Shown piece after piece: positions 41,952 through 53,229 of a stretch of DNA of 64,000 bases. Position 1 is the stretch's first letter, and every line of letters begins with the position of its first letter. The position numbers were made by a program, and so were the translations under genes. The stretch is from an uncultured cyanobacterium (GTDB lineage Bacteria; Cyanobacteriota; Cyanobacteriia; Cyanobacteriales; CAWCAG01). The notes under the pieces are model-generated. The model had not been told where the DNA came from, did no database searches, and was given only the letters and a program-made list of their open reading frames with translations. Location: NCBI GenBank assembly GCA_963793425.1, contig CAWCAG010000009.1:448001-512000 (forward strand), written 5' to 3'.

Positions 41952-43295
41952 ATGGGTAGAATTTTCATCTCTGCTGGTCATGGTGGACAAGAAGGGGGAG
42001 TACTAGATCCAGGTTCTATTGCTGGAGGAACAACAGAAGCACAACAGATGATTTTGTTGCGAGATCAAGTGGTTAGGGAGTTGCGATCGCGGGGTTTAGA
42101 AGTACTATCTGTTCCTGATGATCTTAGCTTCCAAGGGACAATTCAATGGATTAATTCTCGCGCCCGACTAGGAGATGTAGCCCTAGAAATTCATGCCGAT
42201 GCCTATGAAAATCCTAACGTACGAGGGGCGCTCGTTTTTTATATTGCCAATAATACAGAACGAAAACAAAACGCTGAATTGATTCTCCTTTCCTTCCTCC
42301 GGCGTATTCCCCAAATGCCCAGTCTGGGGGCTAAACCAGATACAGCTACCGGAGTTGGTAAGCTAGCTTTTTGTCGGCAAATAATTGTTCCTTCTCTATT
42401 AATGGAAGTTGGTTTTATCACCAACCCAGATGATCGGGCTTTAATCCTCAACCGTCGTCAGGAAATGGCTTTAGGTTTGGCTGATGGTCTAGAAGCCTGG
42501 AGTGGTGGTTTGACTACTCCAGTTAATGAACCAACTTATCCGATTATTAACATCAAAATCAACGATAGAAACTACGAAGAAGAAGGCATTCTAGTTAATA
42601 ACAACTCCTACATACCCGTTGATTTAGCTGATCGTTTAGGAGTAGACCTTACCGAAGATCCGGCTATTCGCCTCATTCAATATCGGGGGGTTGTCTACGT
42701 TAAAGCCATTGAACTACGGGATTACAATATTTCTGTGGGTTGGGAAAACTCTACCCGCACAGTTGTTTTACGTTCTATTCTCAAGATTTGCCCTGGAGAT
42801 TTTGAGCGTATCATGAGCCATGGCAACACCTCAGAGGTGCAACTCATTATGTTCCTCAAAGCTAATAATGAAGGGGCATTGAGCCAATTCCCTGAGTTAC
42901 CAAAACTTTACCGGGAAGAAGCAGCTATTGAAGGGGTAAACTACGACATCGCTTTTTGCCAAATGTGTTTAGCCACTAACTTCCTTCGTTTTGGTGGTGA
43001 AATCAAGCCTAGTCAGAATAACTTCGCTGACTTAGGTTCTGTTAGTGGTGGACCCCAAGGAGCAACCTTCCCCAGTGCTAAAATTGGAGTTAGGGCCCAG
43101 GTTCAGCATCTCAAAGCCTATGCTAGTACAGAGCCTTTAGTACAAGAAGTTGTTGATCCCCGTTTTCGCTTTGTCAAGCGAGGTATTGCTCCTTTAGTAC
43201 AGCAACTAGGAGGGCGTTGGACAGCAGATTTAGATTACGGTGAGAAAGTTTTAGCTATTGTTAGGCGCTTGTACGAGTCAGCAGGGTTGTTTTGA
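41952..43295 (+). CDS. tftA: Amidase_3 plus glucosaminidase-like peptidoglycan hydrolase (TftA-like)
   Basis: MGRIFISAGHGG...DPGSIAGGTTEA, ALEIHAD, LMEVGFITN; C-terminal GVRAQVQHLKAYAS...VDPRF. Confidence 0.75.
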   Translation: MGRIFISAGHGGQEGGVLDPGSIAGGTTEAQQMILLRDQVVRELRSRGLEVLSVPDDLSFQGTIQWINSRARLGDVALEIHADAYENPNVRGALVFYIANNTERKQNAELILLSFLRRIPQMPSLGAKPDTATGVGKLAFCRQIIVPSLLMEVGFITNPDDRALILNRRQEMALGLADGLEAWSGGLTTPVNEPTYPIINIKINDRNYEEEGILVNNNSYIPVDLADRLGVDLTEDPAIRLIQYRGVVYVKAIELRDYNISVGWENSTRTVVLRSILKICPGDFERIMSHGNTSEVQLIMFLKANNEGALSQFPELPKLYREEAAIEGVNYDIAFCQMCLATNFLRFGGEIKPSQNNFADLGSVSGGPQGATFPSAKIGVRAQVQHLKAYASTEPLVQEVVDPRFRFVKRGIAPLVQQLGGRWTADLDYGEKVLAIVRRLYESAGLF

Positions 43296-43557
43296 GTAAG
43301 AATATAAGGGTGTAAGGGATGAGGAGAAAATTCTTCACTTTACTTGTTAAGAAACACAAGCTGAAACCCTGCTATTAATGATGTAATCAGTTTCTTGATG
43401 ACTTGCTAAAACTTGCTGTCGTAAGAACCGAACTAAATTAGTTAAATACCTTTGCTAACTTAGAAACAGAAGGCTCTAGGCCCTCAACTTCTTAACCAAA
43501 GATCCTCATCTAAAAAACTGATCAATTGATAACTGATAACTGAATTAGGAGACTTCT

Positions 43558-44571
43558 GTGGCGGCAACGGATTTTAAAGATTACTATAGCATTCTCGGAG
43601 TAAGCAAAACTGCTAGTCCTGAAGAGATTAAAAAAACTTTTCGCAAACTAGCTGTTAAATACCATCCTGATCGTAATCCTGATAATAAAGAAGCAGAAGA
43701 ACGCTTCAAAGAAATTAGTGAAGCTTACGAAGTTTTATCCGACACAGAAAAGCGTCAAAAGTACGATCAGTTTGGTCAATATTGGAAACAAGCTTCTCAA
43801 CCTAGTGGCTCTCCTTTTGGTGGAGGGGCTAGCCCTGCTGATTATAGTAATTTCGATTTTGGTCAGTATGGCAGCTTTGAAGAATTTATTAATGAATTAT
43901 TAGGTCGCTTCTCCACTGGGGCGACAGGTAGTCCGGGAGGCTATAACTATACAACCTCTACGGGTAGGCCTGGTGGCTACAACACTACTGTTAATGACTT
44001 TGGGCAAGGGTTTGCTGGTCAGCAAGCACCCACTCCCCAAGAATCTGTTGCTACCCTCCGCCTGACCTTTTCCGAAGCCTTTCGTGGGGTACAGAAGCGC
44101 CTTCAAATTGGTAGTGAAATCGTCAATGTTCGCATTCCCCCCGGTGCTAAACCTGATATGCGTATTCGTTTGCGGGGTAAAGGCAGGGTAGATCCTTATA
44201 GTAAAATTCGAGGGGACTTATTCTTGAACGTAGAACTAGAACCCCATACTTTCTTTCAATTTAAAGATGATAAATTGCTTTGTGAAGTACCTGTTGCCCC
44301 TGATGAAGCTGTGTTAGGGGCCTCCATTGAAGTACCAACCCCTGATGGCTCTGTCACCATGAAAATTCCTGCGGGTATCCGCCCTGGGCAATCCCTACGT
44401 TTGCGGGGTAAAGGTTGGCCTAATCCCAAAGGAGTTCGGGGAGATCAACTAGTAAAGATTAAAATTGCTATTCCCAAAAAAATTAGCACCACTGAACAAG
44501 AATATTACGAAAAAATTCGTGCTAGCCGTAGCTATGATCCCCGTAGCAAACTGAAAAATATCAGTCTTTAA
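43558..44571 (+). CDS. DnaJ-class (type II, CbpA-like) chaperone
   Basis: J domain with HPD, G/F region, DnaJ_C domain, no zinc finger. Confidence 0.92.
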   Translation: MAATDFKDYYSILGVSKTASPEEIKKTFRKLAVKYHPDRNPDNKEAEERFKEISEAYEVLSDTEKRQKYDQFGQYWKQASQPSGSPFGGGASPADYSNFDFGQYGSFEEFINELLGRFSTGATGSPGGYNYTTSTGRPGGYNTTVNDFGQGFAGQQAPTPQESVATLRLTFSEAFRGVQKRLQIGSEIVNVRIPPGAKPDMRIRLRGKGRVDPYSKIRGDLFLNVELEPHTFFQFKDDKLLCEVPVAPDEAVLGASIEVPTPDGSVTMKIPAGIRPGQSLRLRGKGWPNPKGVRGDQLVKIKIAIPKKISTTEQEYYEKIRASRSYDPRSKLKNISL

Positions 44572-44631
44572 TAATCAAAGCAAAACCCTAGACTCAACCA
44601 TAAACCAAGGCAAACTGATAAGATAATTTCT

Positions 44632-44841
44632 GTGTCTTGGATTACTATCAGAACAACTAACACCCGCTGGGAAGCTGAGTTAATGCAACAATTACTTACA
44701 GCTTATGATATCCCCAGTCGGGTTCTTGACATTGGCGTTGGCTCCTATTTTGGGCAAGGAAGTCCGGCGGTTTTGCAAGTACGTTCACAAGATCAATGGA
44801 CAGCTTTGCTGTTGTTGAGTCCTGTCGAAGAAGAAGAGTAA
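44632..44841 (+). CDS. DUF2007-like small protein
   Basis: WEAELMQQLL.AY.IPSR...GQGSP. Confidence 0.7.
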   Translation: MSWITIRTTNTRWEAELMQQLLTAYDIPSRVLDIGVGSYFGQGSPAVLQVRSQDQWTALLLLSPVEEEE

Positions 44842-44882
44842 TCCTTTTATTTAATAATCTTTTTTAGGAATTAACTTTACTT

Positions 44883-45830
44883 ATGTCTCTATTTGACTGG
44901 TTTGCTAACCGCAGAAAATCAGAACCCCATACTCAAACAAGACAAGAACGAGAAATAGCTGACGGGCTGTGGACAAAATGCCCTGCTTGCGGAGTCTTAG
45001 CTTATACTAAAGACTTGCGAGGCAATCAAATGGTTTGCTCAGAATGTGAACATCATTTGAGCGTTAAAAGTGACGAACGCATAGCTCAGTTAATTGATGC
45101 TGATACTTGGCAACCTTTAGGGGAAGGACTTAGACCAACAGATCCTCTTAAATTCCGCGATCGCAAGGCATATCAAGATCGTTTGCGGGATTATCAAGAA
45201 AAAACAGGTTTGTCTGATGCGGTACAAACAGGAATTGGCGAGATTGATGGTTTGCCTTTGGCCCTAGGAGTGATGGATTTCACCTTTATGGGGGGTAGCA
45301 TGGGTTCTGTAGTGGGGGAAAAACTCTGTCGCCTCATTGAACGTGCTACCAAAGAAAGGATACCCGTTATTATTCTTTGTGCTTCTGGGGGTGCAAGGAT
45401 GCAAGAAGGGGTATTAAGTTTGATGCAAATGGCGAAGATTTCCGGCGCTTTACAACACCACCGCGAAGCTAAATTACTCTATATACCAGTTCTTACCCAT
45501 CCTACCACCGGAGGCGTGACAGCTAGTTTTGCCATGCTTGGGGATTTGATTTTGGCTGAACCAAAAGCAACTATTGGATTTGCAGGCAGGCGGGTAATTG
45601 AACAAACTCTCAGGGAAAAGTTACCTGACGATTTCCAAACTTCAGAATATCTTTTACAACATGGTTTTGTTGATGCGATAGTTTCTCGCACTCAATTAAA
45701 GAAAACTTTGGCTAAGTTAATTTGCCTTCACCAACCTATAACTACCATCCCAGAAGTCAACAATTCCCATCACGTTTTGAATAACCATAGTAACAATAAG
45801 GAACTAGGTTCATCAGAAGTGATATTTTAA
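44883..45830 (+). CDS. accD: Acetyl-CoA carboxylase carboxyltransferase beta subunit
   Basis: GLWTKCPAC zinc finger, [33 protein letters not shown]. Confidence 0.97.
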   Translation: MSLFDWFANRRKSEPHTQTRQEREIADGLWTKCPACGVLAYTKDLRGNQMVCSECEHHLSVKSDERIAQLIDADTWQPLGEGLRPTDPLKFRDRKAYQDRLRDYQEKTGLSDAVQTGIGEIDGLPLALGVMDFTFMGGSMGSVVGEKLCRLIERATKERIPVIILCASGGARMQEGVLSLMQMAKISGALQHHREAKLLYIPVLTHPTTGGVTASFAMLGDLILAEPKATIGFAGRRVIEQTLREKLPDDFQTSEYLLQHGFVDAIVSRTQLKKTLAKLICLHQPITTIPEVNNSHHVLNNHSNNKELGSSEVIF

Positions 45831-45867
45831 CTATTAGCCATTAGCCATAATTCTAATCATCAAAACC

Positions 45868-46428
45868 ATGTCTAAATCTTTAAAATCCTTATTAGCCATA
45901 ATTCTAATTATCTTAAGCCTAAGTTTATCTAGTTGTAACAGCGCTGTTAGCGGTTTAAAAAGCTATGTAGATGCTACCCAAGGATATGAGTTTCTATATC
46001 CCAATGGTTGGATTTATGTTGATATTGGAGGGGTAAGAAAGGGCGTTAAAGTTGTCTTTCAAGACTTGATTGAAAAGACAGAAAATTTAAGTGTGGTAGC
46101 AAGTGAAGTTTCCCAAGATAAAACCCTTAAGGATTTGGGTACGCCCACAGAAGTTGGTTATAGTTTGCTTAAAAGTGCGATCGCTCCTGATGGTTCAAAA
46201 CGTCAGGCAGATTTGGTAGGTGCGGAGATTAAAGATGCTCCAACCCAAACCTATTACACCTTAGAATATGAGGTTAAGTTGCCTGATGGTAGAGAAAGAC
46301 ATAATCTTGCTAGCGTGGCTATTAGTCGTGGTCAATTATTTACTTTTAATGTTTCTGTTCCTGAAACACATTGGGGCAGGTTAGAAAAGCGATTAGAAGC
46401 TGTAGTTGATTCTTTTACTGTATATTAA
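45868..46428 (+). CDS. psbP: Photosystem II PsbP-like lipoprotein (CyanoP)
   Basis: Lipobox LSSC, GYEFLYPNGW, LGTPTEVG, RHNLASVAI. Confidence 0.9.
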   Translation: MSKSLKSLLAIILIILSLSLSSCNSAVSGLKSYVDATQGYEFLYPNGWIYVDIGGVRKGVKVVFQDLIEKTENLSVVASEVSQDKTLKDLGTPTEVGYSLLKSAIAPDGSKRQADLVGAEIKDAPTQTYYTLEYEVKLPDGRERHNLASVAISRGQLFTFNVSVPETHWGRLEKRLEAVVDSFTVY

Positions 46429-46524
46429 ATAGCCTTTTTCCTGTAGGGTGGGCAAAATCAATAGTAAAATTAGCATTTACAATTTATCTTCATGTTGCCC
46501 ACCATCCTTATCATATCGATTTAG

Positions 46525-46705
46525 GATTTATCGTCTTGCCTTGGAAACTGAAGACGATAATAGATTATTGTATCTGGCAGTACCGTTGGATATTTACAGG
46601 AGATTGTTCCGGCAGACATTCATTCAGACTGTGATTAGTCGCAATCAAATCCCTTTAATAGTATACGACCCAGAGAAACAGGAGATTGCCCAATGGATAA
46701 ATTGA
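46525..46705 (+). pseudogene. XisH family, C-terminal fragment
   Basis: YRLALETEDDNRLLYLAVPLDIY...LIVYDPEKQEIAQWIN overlaps the xisI start; the N-terminal part is absent. Confidence 0.8.
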
Positions 46706-47031
46706 GTTTATATCGCCAATTAATTCAAGAGTCCCTAAAACAAAGGGCAGATTTGCGATCACCAGATGATCCAGTCAGGAGTCAAACCATTTTTGATCGT
46801 GAAGATGACCACTACCAACTTATACATTTAGGTTGGAAAGATAGTAATACTCGCATCTATGGTTGTATCATACACGTTGATATTATTGATGAGAAAATTT
46901 GGATTCAACATGACGGTACTGAATATGCAATCGCAGATCAGTTAGTAGAAAAAGGTGTACCGAAGCAAGATATTGTTTTGGCTTATCGTCCAGCTTATAT
47001 AAGGCAGTATACAGATTTTGCGGTGGGATAA
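46693..47031 (+). CDS. xisI: XisI family protein
   Basis: DHYQLIHLGW...RIYGCIIHVDI...KIWIQHDGTE...GVPKQDIVLA. Confidence 0.9.
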   Translation: MDKLSLYRQLIQESLKQRADLRSPDDPVRSQTIFDREDDHYQLIHLGWKDSNTRIYGCIIHVDIIDEKIWIQHDGTEYAIADQLVEKGVPKQDIVLAYRPAYIRQYTDFAVG

Positions 47032-47106
47032 GAGAATTTTTATCGCCTTTATTTCAGACAATTTATAATCTATTGCAGAGTAGTAAATAGGGAATGAAGG
47101 AACGCA

Positions 47107-47415
47107 ATGAAATACAGAAAGTTGAAAAGATTACGGGAAAGAAAGCTTTGCTCGTTTATATCTCCAGAAGAAATTGCTAAGCGCAAGGAAAAAGCTGAAG
47201 CTACGGCTAAACTGGGGCGAGAGGTTTTCTGGCGAGTTTATCCAGATTTAGTGAATAAATATCCTGGTTGGGCAATTTTAATTGAACCAGAAAGTGGTGA
47301 TTGTTTTCTCGATCCTGATCCAGAAGTAGCTTTTCAAAAAGCCCGTAAAAATTATCCTCACACTGATATTTTAGAGAAATGTCTTAACAAAACAGGTTGT
47401 GCTGGCAGGATATGA
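47107..47415 (+). CDS. Small hypothetical protein, followed by a stub of a partner gene (MIQGYF)
   Basis: L..KYPGW.I.IEPESGD.F.D; an ATGA overlap at 47412-47415 starts MIQGYF, which stops within about 11 codons. Confidence 0.65.
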   Translation: MKYRKLKRLRERKLCSFISPEEIAKRKEKAEATAKLGREVFWRVYPDLVNKYPGWAILIEPESGDCFLDPDPEVAFQKARKNYPHTDILEKCLNKTGCAGRI

Positions 47416-47532
47416 TTCAGGGCTATTTTACATTCTCCTCTCTGAGAAGCTATTTAATATGAAATAGAAAAAATAATGCTACAGATAAATTACTTTCGTA
47501 TCGCTCATTTTTAGTCATTCCTTCTTTTAGTT

Positions 47533-47683
47533 AATCTATGGGTAGAATTAGTTTTATTGGGGGACTAGCCCCCCAAACCCCCCAGTGGGGAAACAAGTGT
47601 TTCCCCACGCCCCTTCCTAACCGCTTCGCTCTTCGTTAGTCGTATTTAACTGGCTAGTTCAGTGGTTGTTCTATCCTCATAAA
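47533..47683. repeat. GC-rich double-hairpin element with imperfect terminal inverted repeats
   Basis: TTGGGGG.ctag.CCCCCAA and GTGGGGAAAC-aagt-GTTTCCCCAC hairpins at about 47557-47608. Flanks are atctatgggtagaa and ttctatcctcataaat. Confidence 0.55.
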
Positions 47684-47882
47684 TAGACTTGGTAATAAGG
47701 CGCATTTAGAATTAGGAGCGTTGTTTAAAAAGTTGCTTGCTAGTGGCTCAGGGCAAATAGCTTAATTTGATTTATATGTAGCAAATATTTAGGTATTTCA
47801 TATAACTTAGCACTTTGATTTTTGAGTTTAGATCCCAACTTCTGTAGAACCGTTTTTTGCTACTACAGTCAAGGAAAAGACT

Positions 47883-48209
47883 TTAGCTAAGAGCATATTC
47901 AGTAAATTGCCTTTCAAAAGGAGCATGAAACCCAAGAACAATATCGGTTTTCGGTACTCCTAAATCTACTAGTCTTTGAGCAATTAAATCTTCTGTATTA
48001 TTTTGCTGAATGTAGATTTTGCCGTCGATTACATCTAAGTGTAAAAGGCAACCATAGTAACATTTATTATTCATCCAGCCTACTTGTATCAAAAGATAAT
48101 GCTGATTATCTCTATCTATAACTTTCTCTACTTGTACTTGACCAGAAGAGCTTTTCTCATAACGTCTTTGTATTATCTCTTCAATTAGCTGAGAGTAATC
48201 TAAAACCAC
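47883..48209 (-). CDS. xisI: XisI family protein
   Basis: HYLLIQVGW...YGCLLHLDVIDGKIYIQQNNTE...GVPKTDIVLGFH. Confidence 0.88.
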   Translation of the reverse strand: MVLDYSQLIEEIIQRRYEKSSSGQVQVEKVIDRDNQHYLLIQVGWMNNKCYYGCLLHLDVIDGKIYIQQNNTEDLIAQRLVDLGVPKTDIVLGFHAPFERQFTEYALS

Positions 48210-48334
48210 TGAAATACTTCCTCAAAATATTCTGTATTCTCCAACTTAATAGTTAAAGGATCGGCAGTTACTATCCAACCGTCTTTGATAAGAGCGGAAC
48301 ACACCATGTCATGAAAATAGTCTTTCTTTGGCAT
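48200..48334 (-). pseudogene. XisH with in-frame central deletion (44 aa)
   Basis: MPKKDYFHDMVCSALIKDGWIVTADPLTIKLENTEYF fused to terminal EEVFQWF*, overlapping the xisI start. Confidence 0.82.
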
Positions 48335-48354
48335 AACTTAAAGATGAAACATAA

Positions 48355-49665
48355 CTAACTATTAAAAATTGCTTTGTAAGCAAATTCAAATAATCCTCCT
48401 AAACCTAATCCTAGTAAGGAAGTAATTGCTAAGATTAGGAAAATGTGAAATCTTTTAAAATTCTTAACTAATTTTACAGTAGTCCAAGTCAAAGCAGCAG
48501 CTATGGTACTAGACCCAGCTAAAGCTATAACACCAGACCCAGCTAGAGCAACCGTTATCATTCCAAATATGGCTCCAACCACAGTTTCGTCTACCATCCT
48601 AGCTATATTAATAGACCCAACTATAGACCCAGGCCAAGTCAAAGGCATATGAAAAATAGCTAAAACAAAAAATTCATTATCATCAATATCTCTAGACCAA
48701 TTCCAAGCTATAACAATGGCTCCAAAAGTAGTTACAATCCAAACTAAATCTGAGGAAAAGGCAAACAATAAAATTGCACCTATAAAACTATAAGTAATCA
48801 ATATTAATCCTAAGTAATGCCAAGGGATAACCCTCTTCTTTCTTTGCTTTTGCAACTCCAATAACTGTAACCACTTCTCAACAGACTGAGGACGATTTTT
48901 TGCCTCTAACTCCATACCTTTAATAATCGCCTTATTCAAATTCTTACTAACTTCTAAAACTAACTTTCTTGGTGGAATTAAATTAGCATTGTCTATCTTG
49001 CGAGCGAAAGAACTAATAGGACGTTGACCCGTTACCAAATAATATAGAGTAGCAGCTAAACAATAAACATCAGCATTTTTTTCCCTACTACCCTTCATTA
49101 TTTGCTCATAAGGGGCAAAACCACGATTACCTGCGTCTCCTGTGGAACTCAAAGTAGTAGGAACAAGTTCTTTGGCAATGCCAAAATCAATTAAAATAGC
49201 ACTGTCACCCTGCAAAATAATATTACCTGGGTGAGCATCTCTATGGACTAAACCCGCTTTATGAATAACTACCAAAGCTGAAGCAATTTGCTTAATATAT
49301 TTAACTGCTTCTTTTTGCGGTAATCTTTCCCTTTCTCTAACAATCTCAAAAAAATTCTTCCCCGCCACATACTCCATAACTAAACAGTAAGTCTTTCCCT
49401 CCTGAAAAAACTCCCCAAATTTAACAATATGGGGATGGGAAAGCTTAGTTAGTTTTTGTAGTCGCTTACTTTCTTTAACAAACCTGTCTACATATTTTTG
49501 ATAATCGGGATCATGCTTCAAATACTCATTAGGAGTTTTCAACGCTACAAACTCATCATAGAAAGTATCCCAAGCTTTATAAGTGATACCAAAACCACCT
49601 TGCCCTAAGACATTCTGGATAACGTAGCGACCATTCTTTACTTCGTGTCCTTCTGCCCAAACCAT
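48355..49665 (-). CDS. Hanks-type Ser/Thr protein kinase with C-terminal TM helices
   Basis: LGQGGFGITY, VALK, HRDAHPGN, IDFG, GFAPYEQ. Confidence 0.92.
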   Translation of the reverse strand: MVWAEGHEVKNGRYVIQNVLGQGGFGITYKAWDTFYDEFVALKTPNEYLKHDPDYQKYVDRFVKESKRLQKLTKLSHPHIVKFGEFFQEGKTYCLVMEYVAGKNFFEIVRERERLPQKEAVKYIKQIASALVVIHKAGLVHRDAHPGNIILQGDSAILIDFGIAKELVPTTLSSTGDAGNRGFAPYEQIMKGSREKNADVYCLAATLYYLVTGQRPISSFARKIDNANLIPPRKLVLEVSKNLNKAIIKGMELEAKNRPQSVEKWLQLLELQKQRKKRVIPWHYLGLILITYSFIGAILLFAFSSDLVWIVTTFGAIVIAWNWSRDIDDNEFFVLAIFHMPLTWPGSIVGSINIARMVDETVVGAIFGMITVALAGSGVIALAGSSTIAAALTWTTVKLVKNFKRFHIFLILAITSLLGLGLGGLFEFAYKAIFNS

Positions 49666-49786
49666 AAATCAGTTTTTTCTAAAACCACTAGTCACTCTAT
49701 ATTATTTATCCTTAAAATTCTGCATCCTGATACTTACAATATTAAAGGACTGTTTTGCTTCATTTTTCCTATTTTGGCCCTAACTA

Positions 49787-50383
49787 TTGAAAGTTCCTAC
49801 TTTTGTCCTTGCTTCCGCTTCCCCAGCCCGACGAAAAATCCTTGCAGATGCAGGTATTGAAATTGTTGTCCGTAAAAGCGACTTTGATGAATCTCAAGTT
49901 AACCTCAGTGATCCTCAGCGATTAGTAGAAACTTTAGCTGTACGTAAAGCCGAAACTGTTGCCCGTCAATTTGAAGATGCTTTGATTTTAGGTTGTGATT
50001 CTGTCCTTGCCATAGATGGGGAAATTCACGGTAAACCAGAATCTCCTCAAATTGCGATCGCACGCTGGCAAAAGATGCGCGGTAATACAGGTTTGCTTTA
50101 TACTGGCCATGCTCTTATCGACCAAAGCAAACACCAAAAGGTTGTTAAGTGTGGTGTAACTAAAGTCTATTTTGCTAATATTAGCGATTCTCTCATTGAA
50201 GCTTATATTGCCACAGGAGAGCCTTTAAATTGTGCAGGTTGTTTTGCTATTGATGGCAAAGGAGGATTGTTGGTAGAGAAGTTAGAAGGTTGTCATAACA
50301 ATGTTATTGGCTTAAGTCTGCCTTTGTTGAGGGAGATGTTAGAAAAGTTAAGCTATAAAATTGAAGATTTTTGGTTAAACTGA
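49787..50383 (+). CDS. maf: Maf-family nucleoside triphosphate pyrophosphatase
   Basis: [27 protein letters not shown]. Confidence 0.93.
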   Translation: MKVPTFVLASASPARRKILADAGIEIVVRKSDFDESQVNLSDPQRLVETLAVRKAETVARQFEDALILGCDSVLAIDGEIHGKPESPQIAIARWQKMRGNTGLLYTGHALIDQSKHQKVVKCGVTKVYFANISDSLIEAYIATGEPLNCAGCFAIDGKGGLLVEKLEGCHNNVIGLSLPLLREMLEKLSYKIEDFWLN

Positions 50384-50420
50384 TTGCCCAATAGTTTAAT
50401 AAATAAACTATCAGGGGCAA

Positions 50421-50595
50421 GAATTGCTAAGTGAGCTTTATGAAAACTTTCCAGGCTAGACGTTTGCTTCCCATGTCCATTTTAAGGAAACTACCAACCC
50501 TACTCCAACAAAATATTTTTTTTAAAATCAAGATTGAATTTTATCTGATGAGATAATTATAACACAAATTTGCCTTTCCTGCTTTAATTAGGCAA
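50421..50595 (-). repeat. Dispersed non-coding repeat, copy B
   Basis: Reverse complement aligns with 21184-21335, including the TGtTATAAT element (TATAAT at 50561-50556). Confidence 0.85.
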
Positions 50596-50676
50596 CGCCA
50601 GATTTAATATTATTGGGGCAAGGAAGCAGAAAAGAGTTACAGCTTACAAATGTTTAATGCTTAATATTTAATGAAG

Positions 50677-50865
50677 TCAGCATCCTAACTCTTCAAAACT
50701 GGGAGGAGGTATAAACTCAACTTGTTGGTTTTCCTTTAATTCATTTTCATTAGTAGTAACTTCTGCTAACTTCGCTAGCAAAGTTTCTGCTTCAAGATCA
50801 CCTTTTTCTGCTTGAAGTTGAAGATAATAGCGCAATTCATTAGTTAAGGTATCAGGAATTTCCAT
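50677..50865 (-). CDS. Small hypothetical protein
   Basis: 62-aa ATG ORF immediately downstream of the Uma2 gene. Confidence 0.5.
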   Translation of the reverse strand: MEIPDTLTNELRYYLQLQAEKGDLEAETLLAKLAEVTTNENELKENQQVEFIPPPSFEELGC

Positions 50866-50877
50866 GATTATAAATAT

Positions 50878-51651
50878 TCAATATTCTTTAACTTGAGATT
50901 CAGACAAACCCGTAAGACTAGCTACCTCTTCTACCGTCATACCTTGCTTTAATAAATTTTGTACTACCTGCTGTAACTGAGACTCTGCTTGATTAGCCCT
51001 TTGTTTTTCTTCCTCAGCCCTTTCTTGAGGAGTAGGCAATAACTCCCCATTTAAATTTGCCCAGCGTAACCAAGTTGCCTTAACACTCTTATAACTACCT
51101 TGCCAACGTACTAAACTCAAACCTAATCTTTGAGACACTAATTGATTTTGCTCATTAACTACTATGGGTTGATAGACACCATTTTGTAAACGAAATCCTG
51201 CCCAATCATTTGGCTTAAAAGGGTCAAACCAGAAATACTCTGGGACACGCATTTGATTTTGATAAATCTGTTTCTTCTCTTTTTTGTCATACTTAGCGGT
51301 GGTTGCTGACAAAAGTTCAATAACTACATCGGGGGCTTTTCCTTCTTCCCAAATTACCCAGCTTCGACGTTCACCTTTAGGTACATCTAGTGCCACAAAA
51401 ACATCTGGCCCTTTATAATCCTTATTCTTAATTTGAGCCAAGCTGTAGTAAACAAACATATTACCACCCACATAACCGTTATCCCGATTATCTAACCAAG
51501 ATGAGAGGCTATAAATGAGCAGATCCATTTGTGCCTTATGCCTTTCGCTTTCCATTGGTACACCATCATCATAAGGAAGATCAGCCTGAGTAGGTGGGGC
51601 TGTCACTGGCATTGATACTGTGGTTTCAGTGAGTATAAGCTGCTCTGACAT
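50878..51651 (-). CDS. Uma2 (DUF820) family putative endonuclease
   Basis: PMESERH, GPDVFV, RRSWVIWEEGKAPDVVIELLS, VPEYFWFDP. Confidence 0.92.
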   Translation of the reverse strand: MSEQLILTETTVSMPVTAPPTQADLPYDDGVPMESERHKAQMDLLIYSLSSWLDNRDNGYVGGNMFVYYSLAQIKNKDYKGPDVFVALDVPKGERRSWVIWEEGKAPDVVIELLSATTAKYDKKEKKQIYQNQMRVPEYFWFDPFKPNDWAGFRLQNGVYQPIVVNEQNQLVSQRLGLSLVRWQGSYKSVKATWLRWANLNGELLPTPQERAEEEKQRANQAESQLQQVVQNLLKQGMTVEEVASLTGLSESQVKEY

Positions 51652-51741
51652 GACTTTCCAAAGATGTTAGTTTACCAGATGGGCGACACTTCTATGTTAA
51701 CGGATACTGGTTTGAAGCAAATATCATTTTGTCTGAGATTA

Positions 51742-53127
51742 CTAACTTTTCTCTAGTAAAAATTTCAAGAATTTTAACTTCCCTTCATAAGGTGGATATT
51801 TTAATTTAATATCTAACCAAAAAGGCTTTTTCAAAATACTTTTTTGATGAGAAAAAGCCTCAAATCCGGCTTTACCATGATAACTTCCCATACCACTTGC
51901 CCCCACACCACCAAAGGGTAATTCACAAGAGGCAACTTGAGAGATAGTGTCGTTAATACAAACTCCCCCAGAGGAAGTTTGTTCTAATACTTGTTTTTGT
52001 ACTTGCTTATCTTCAGAAAAAATGTACAAAGCTAAAGGTTTAGGGCGAGAATTAATCGCTGTGATGGCCTCTGTTAAATTCTCATATTCTATAATGGGTA
52101 AGATCGGACCAAAAATCTCTTCAGCCATAACTTCATCGTCCCAGTTTATCTGATCAATAATAGTAGGAGCAATATAGCGTTCTGCTGAATTAGTTTCTCC
52201 TCCCACAACTATTTTTCCTTCTTTTAATAAGGCAGATAAGCGTTGAAAATGCCTGTCGCTAATAATACGGCTATAATCTGGGCTAGTAGCTGGATTTTGC
52301 CCATAAAATTCTTCCAGACATTTTTTTAGCGCAGTTAATAATGCACTTCTAATACTGCTATGAACTAAAAGATAATCTGGGGCTATACAAGTTTGTCCTG
52401 CGTTGATAAATTTTCCCCAAGCAATTCTTTTAGCACTTATTCCTATATCTATATTACTATCAACAATACAAGGGCTTTTCCCCCCCAACTCTAAAGTCAC
52501 AGTTGTCAGGTGTTTAGCAGCAGCTTCCATGACAATTTTACCTATGGCTGTACTACCTGTAAAAAAGATGTGATCAAACTTTTGTTTAAGTAATTCAGTA
52601 GAAACTTCCTTGTCTCCTTCAACCACGGTAATATATTCAGGAGGAAAGACTTTCTCTATTAGTTGGGCAATTACTTGGGAAGTATGACTAGCAATTTCTG
52701 AAGGTTTAATAATTACACAATTCCCCGCAGCGGTCGCACTAACTAAAGGTGCTATAGCTAATTGAAAAGGATAGTTCCAAGGACTAATAATTAAAACCAC
52801 TCCTAAAGGTTCAGGAATTATGTGAGAAGAACCAGGTAAAAGAGCTAGAGGAGTGGCAACTTTTTGTGGCTTTGTCCAGGTTTTAAGATGCTTAAGAGCA
52901 TGACTAATCTCTTTAAGACATAAGCTTACTTCTGCGGCTAAAGATTCTAACTTTGGTCTTTTGAGGTCATTATACAAAGCTTGAGCTATTTCTTCTTCTT
53001 GGCTTTTAATAGCTTGTTGAAGAGCTTTTAGCTGTTCAATCCTAAAAGTAAGGGAGCGAGTTTTCCCTGTCGCGAAAAAGCTCCTCTGCTGAGTGATAAT
53101 TTCACTAGTAGCAACTTGAGTAATCAT
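51742..53127 (-). CDS. Aldehyde dehydrogenase (ALDH3-like)
   Basis: [35 protein letters not shown]. Confidence 0.95.
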   Translation of the reverse strand: MITQVATSEIITQQRSFFATGKTRSLTFRIEQLKALQQAIKSQEEEIAQALYNDLKRPKLESLAAEVSLCLKEISHALKHLKTWTKPQKVATPLALLPGSSHIIPEPLGVVLIISPWNYPFQLAIAPLVSATAAGNCVIIKPSEIASHTSQVIAQLIEKVFPPEYITVVEGDKEVSTELLKQKFDHIFFTGSTAIGKIVMEAAAKHLTTVTLELGGKSPCIVDSNIDIGISAKRIAWGKFINAGQTCIAPDYLLVHSSIRSALLTALKKCLEEFYGQNPATSPDYSRIISDRHFQRLSALLKEGKIVVGGETNSAERYIAPTIIDQINWDDEVMAEEIFGPILPIIEYENLTEAITAINSRPKPLALYIFSEDKQVQKQVLEQTSSGGVCINDTISQVASCELPFGGVGASGMGSYHGKAGFEAFSHQKSILKKPFWLDIKLKYPPYEGKLKFLKFLLEKS

Positions 53128-53229
53128 CTTATATAAAAACCCTTTGCTGAAACTTTATTTAAACTTTCTCTATTAGTGACTGTCTATTGCCTCAAGTCAA
53201 CCTGACAAATTTTTATGGCTTAATTCATT

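Noticed and set aside
46448..48334. An fdxN-type excision element
   Set aside because: No XisF-like serine recombinase and no interrupted nif/fdxN gene; xisH/xisI pairs are common stand-alone modules.
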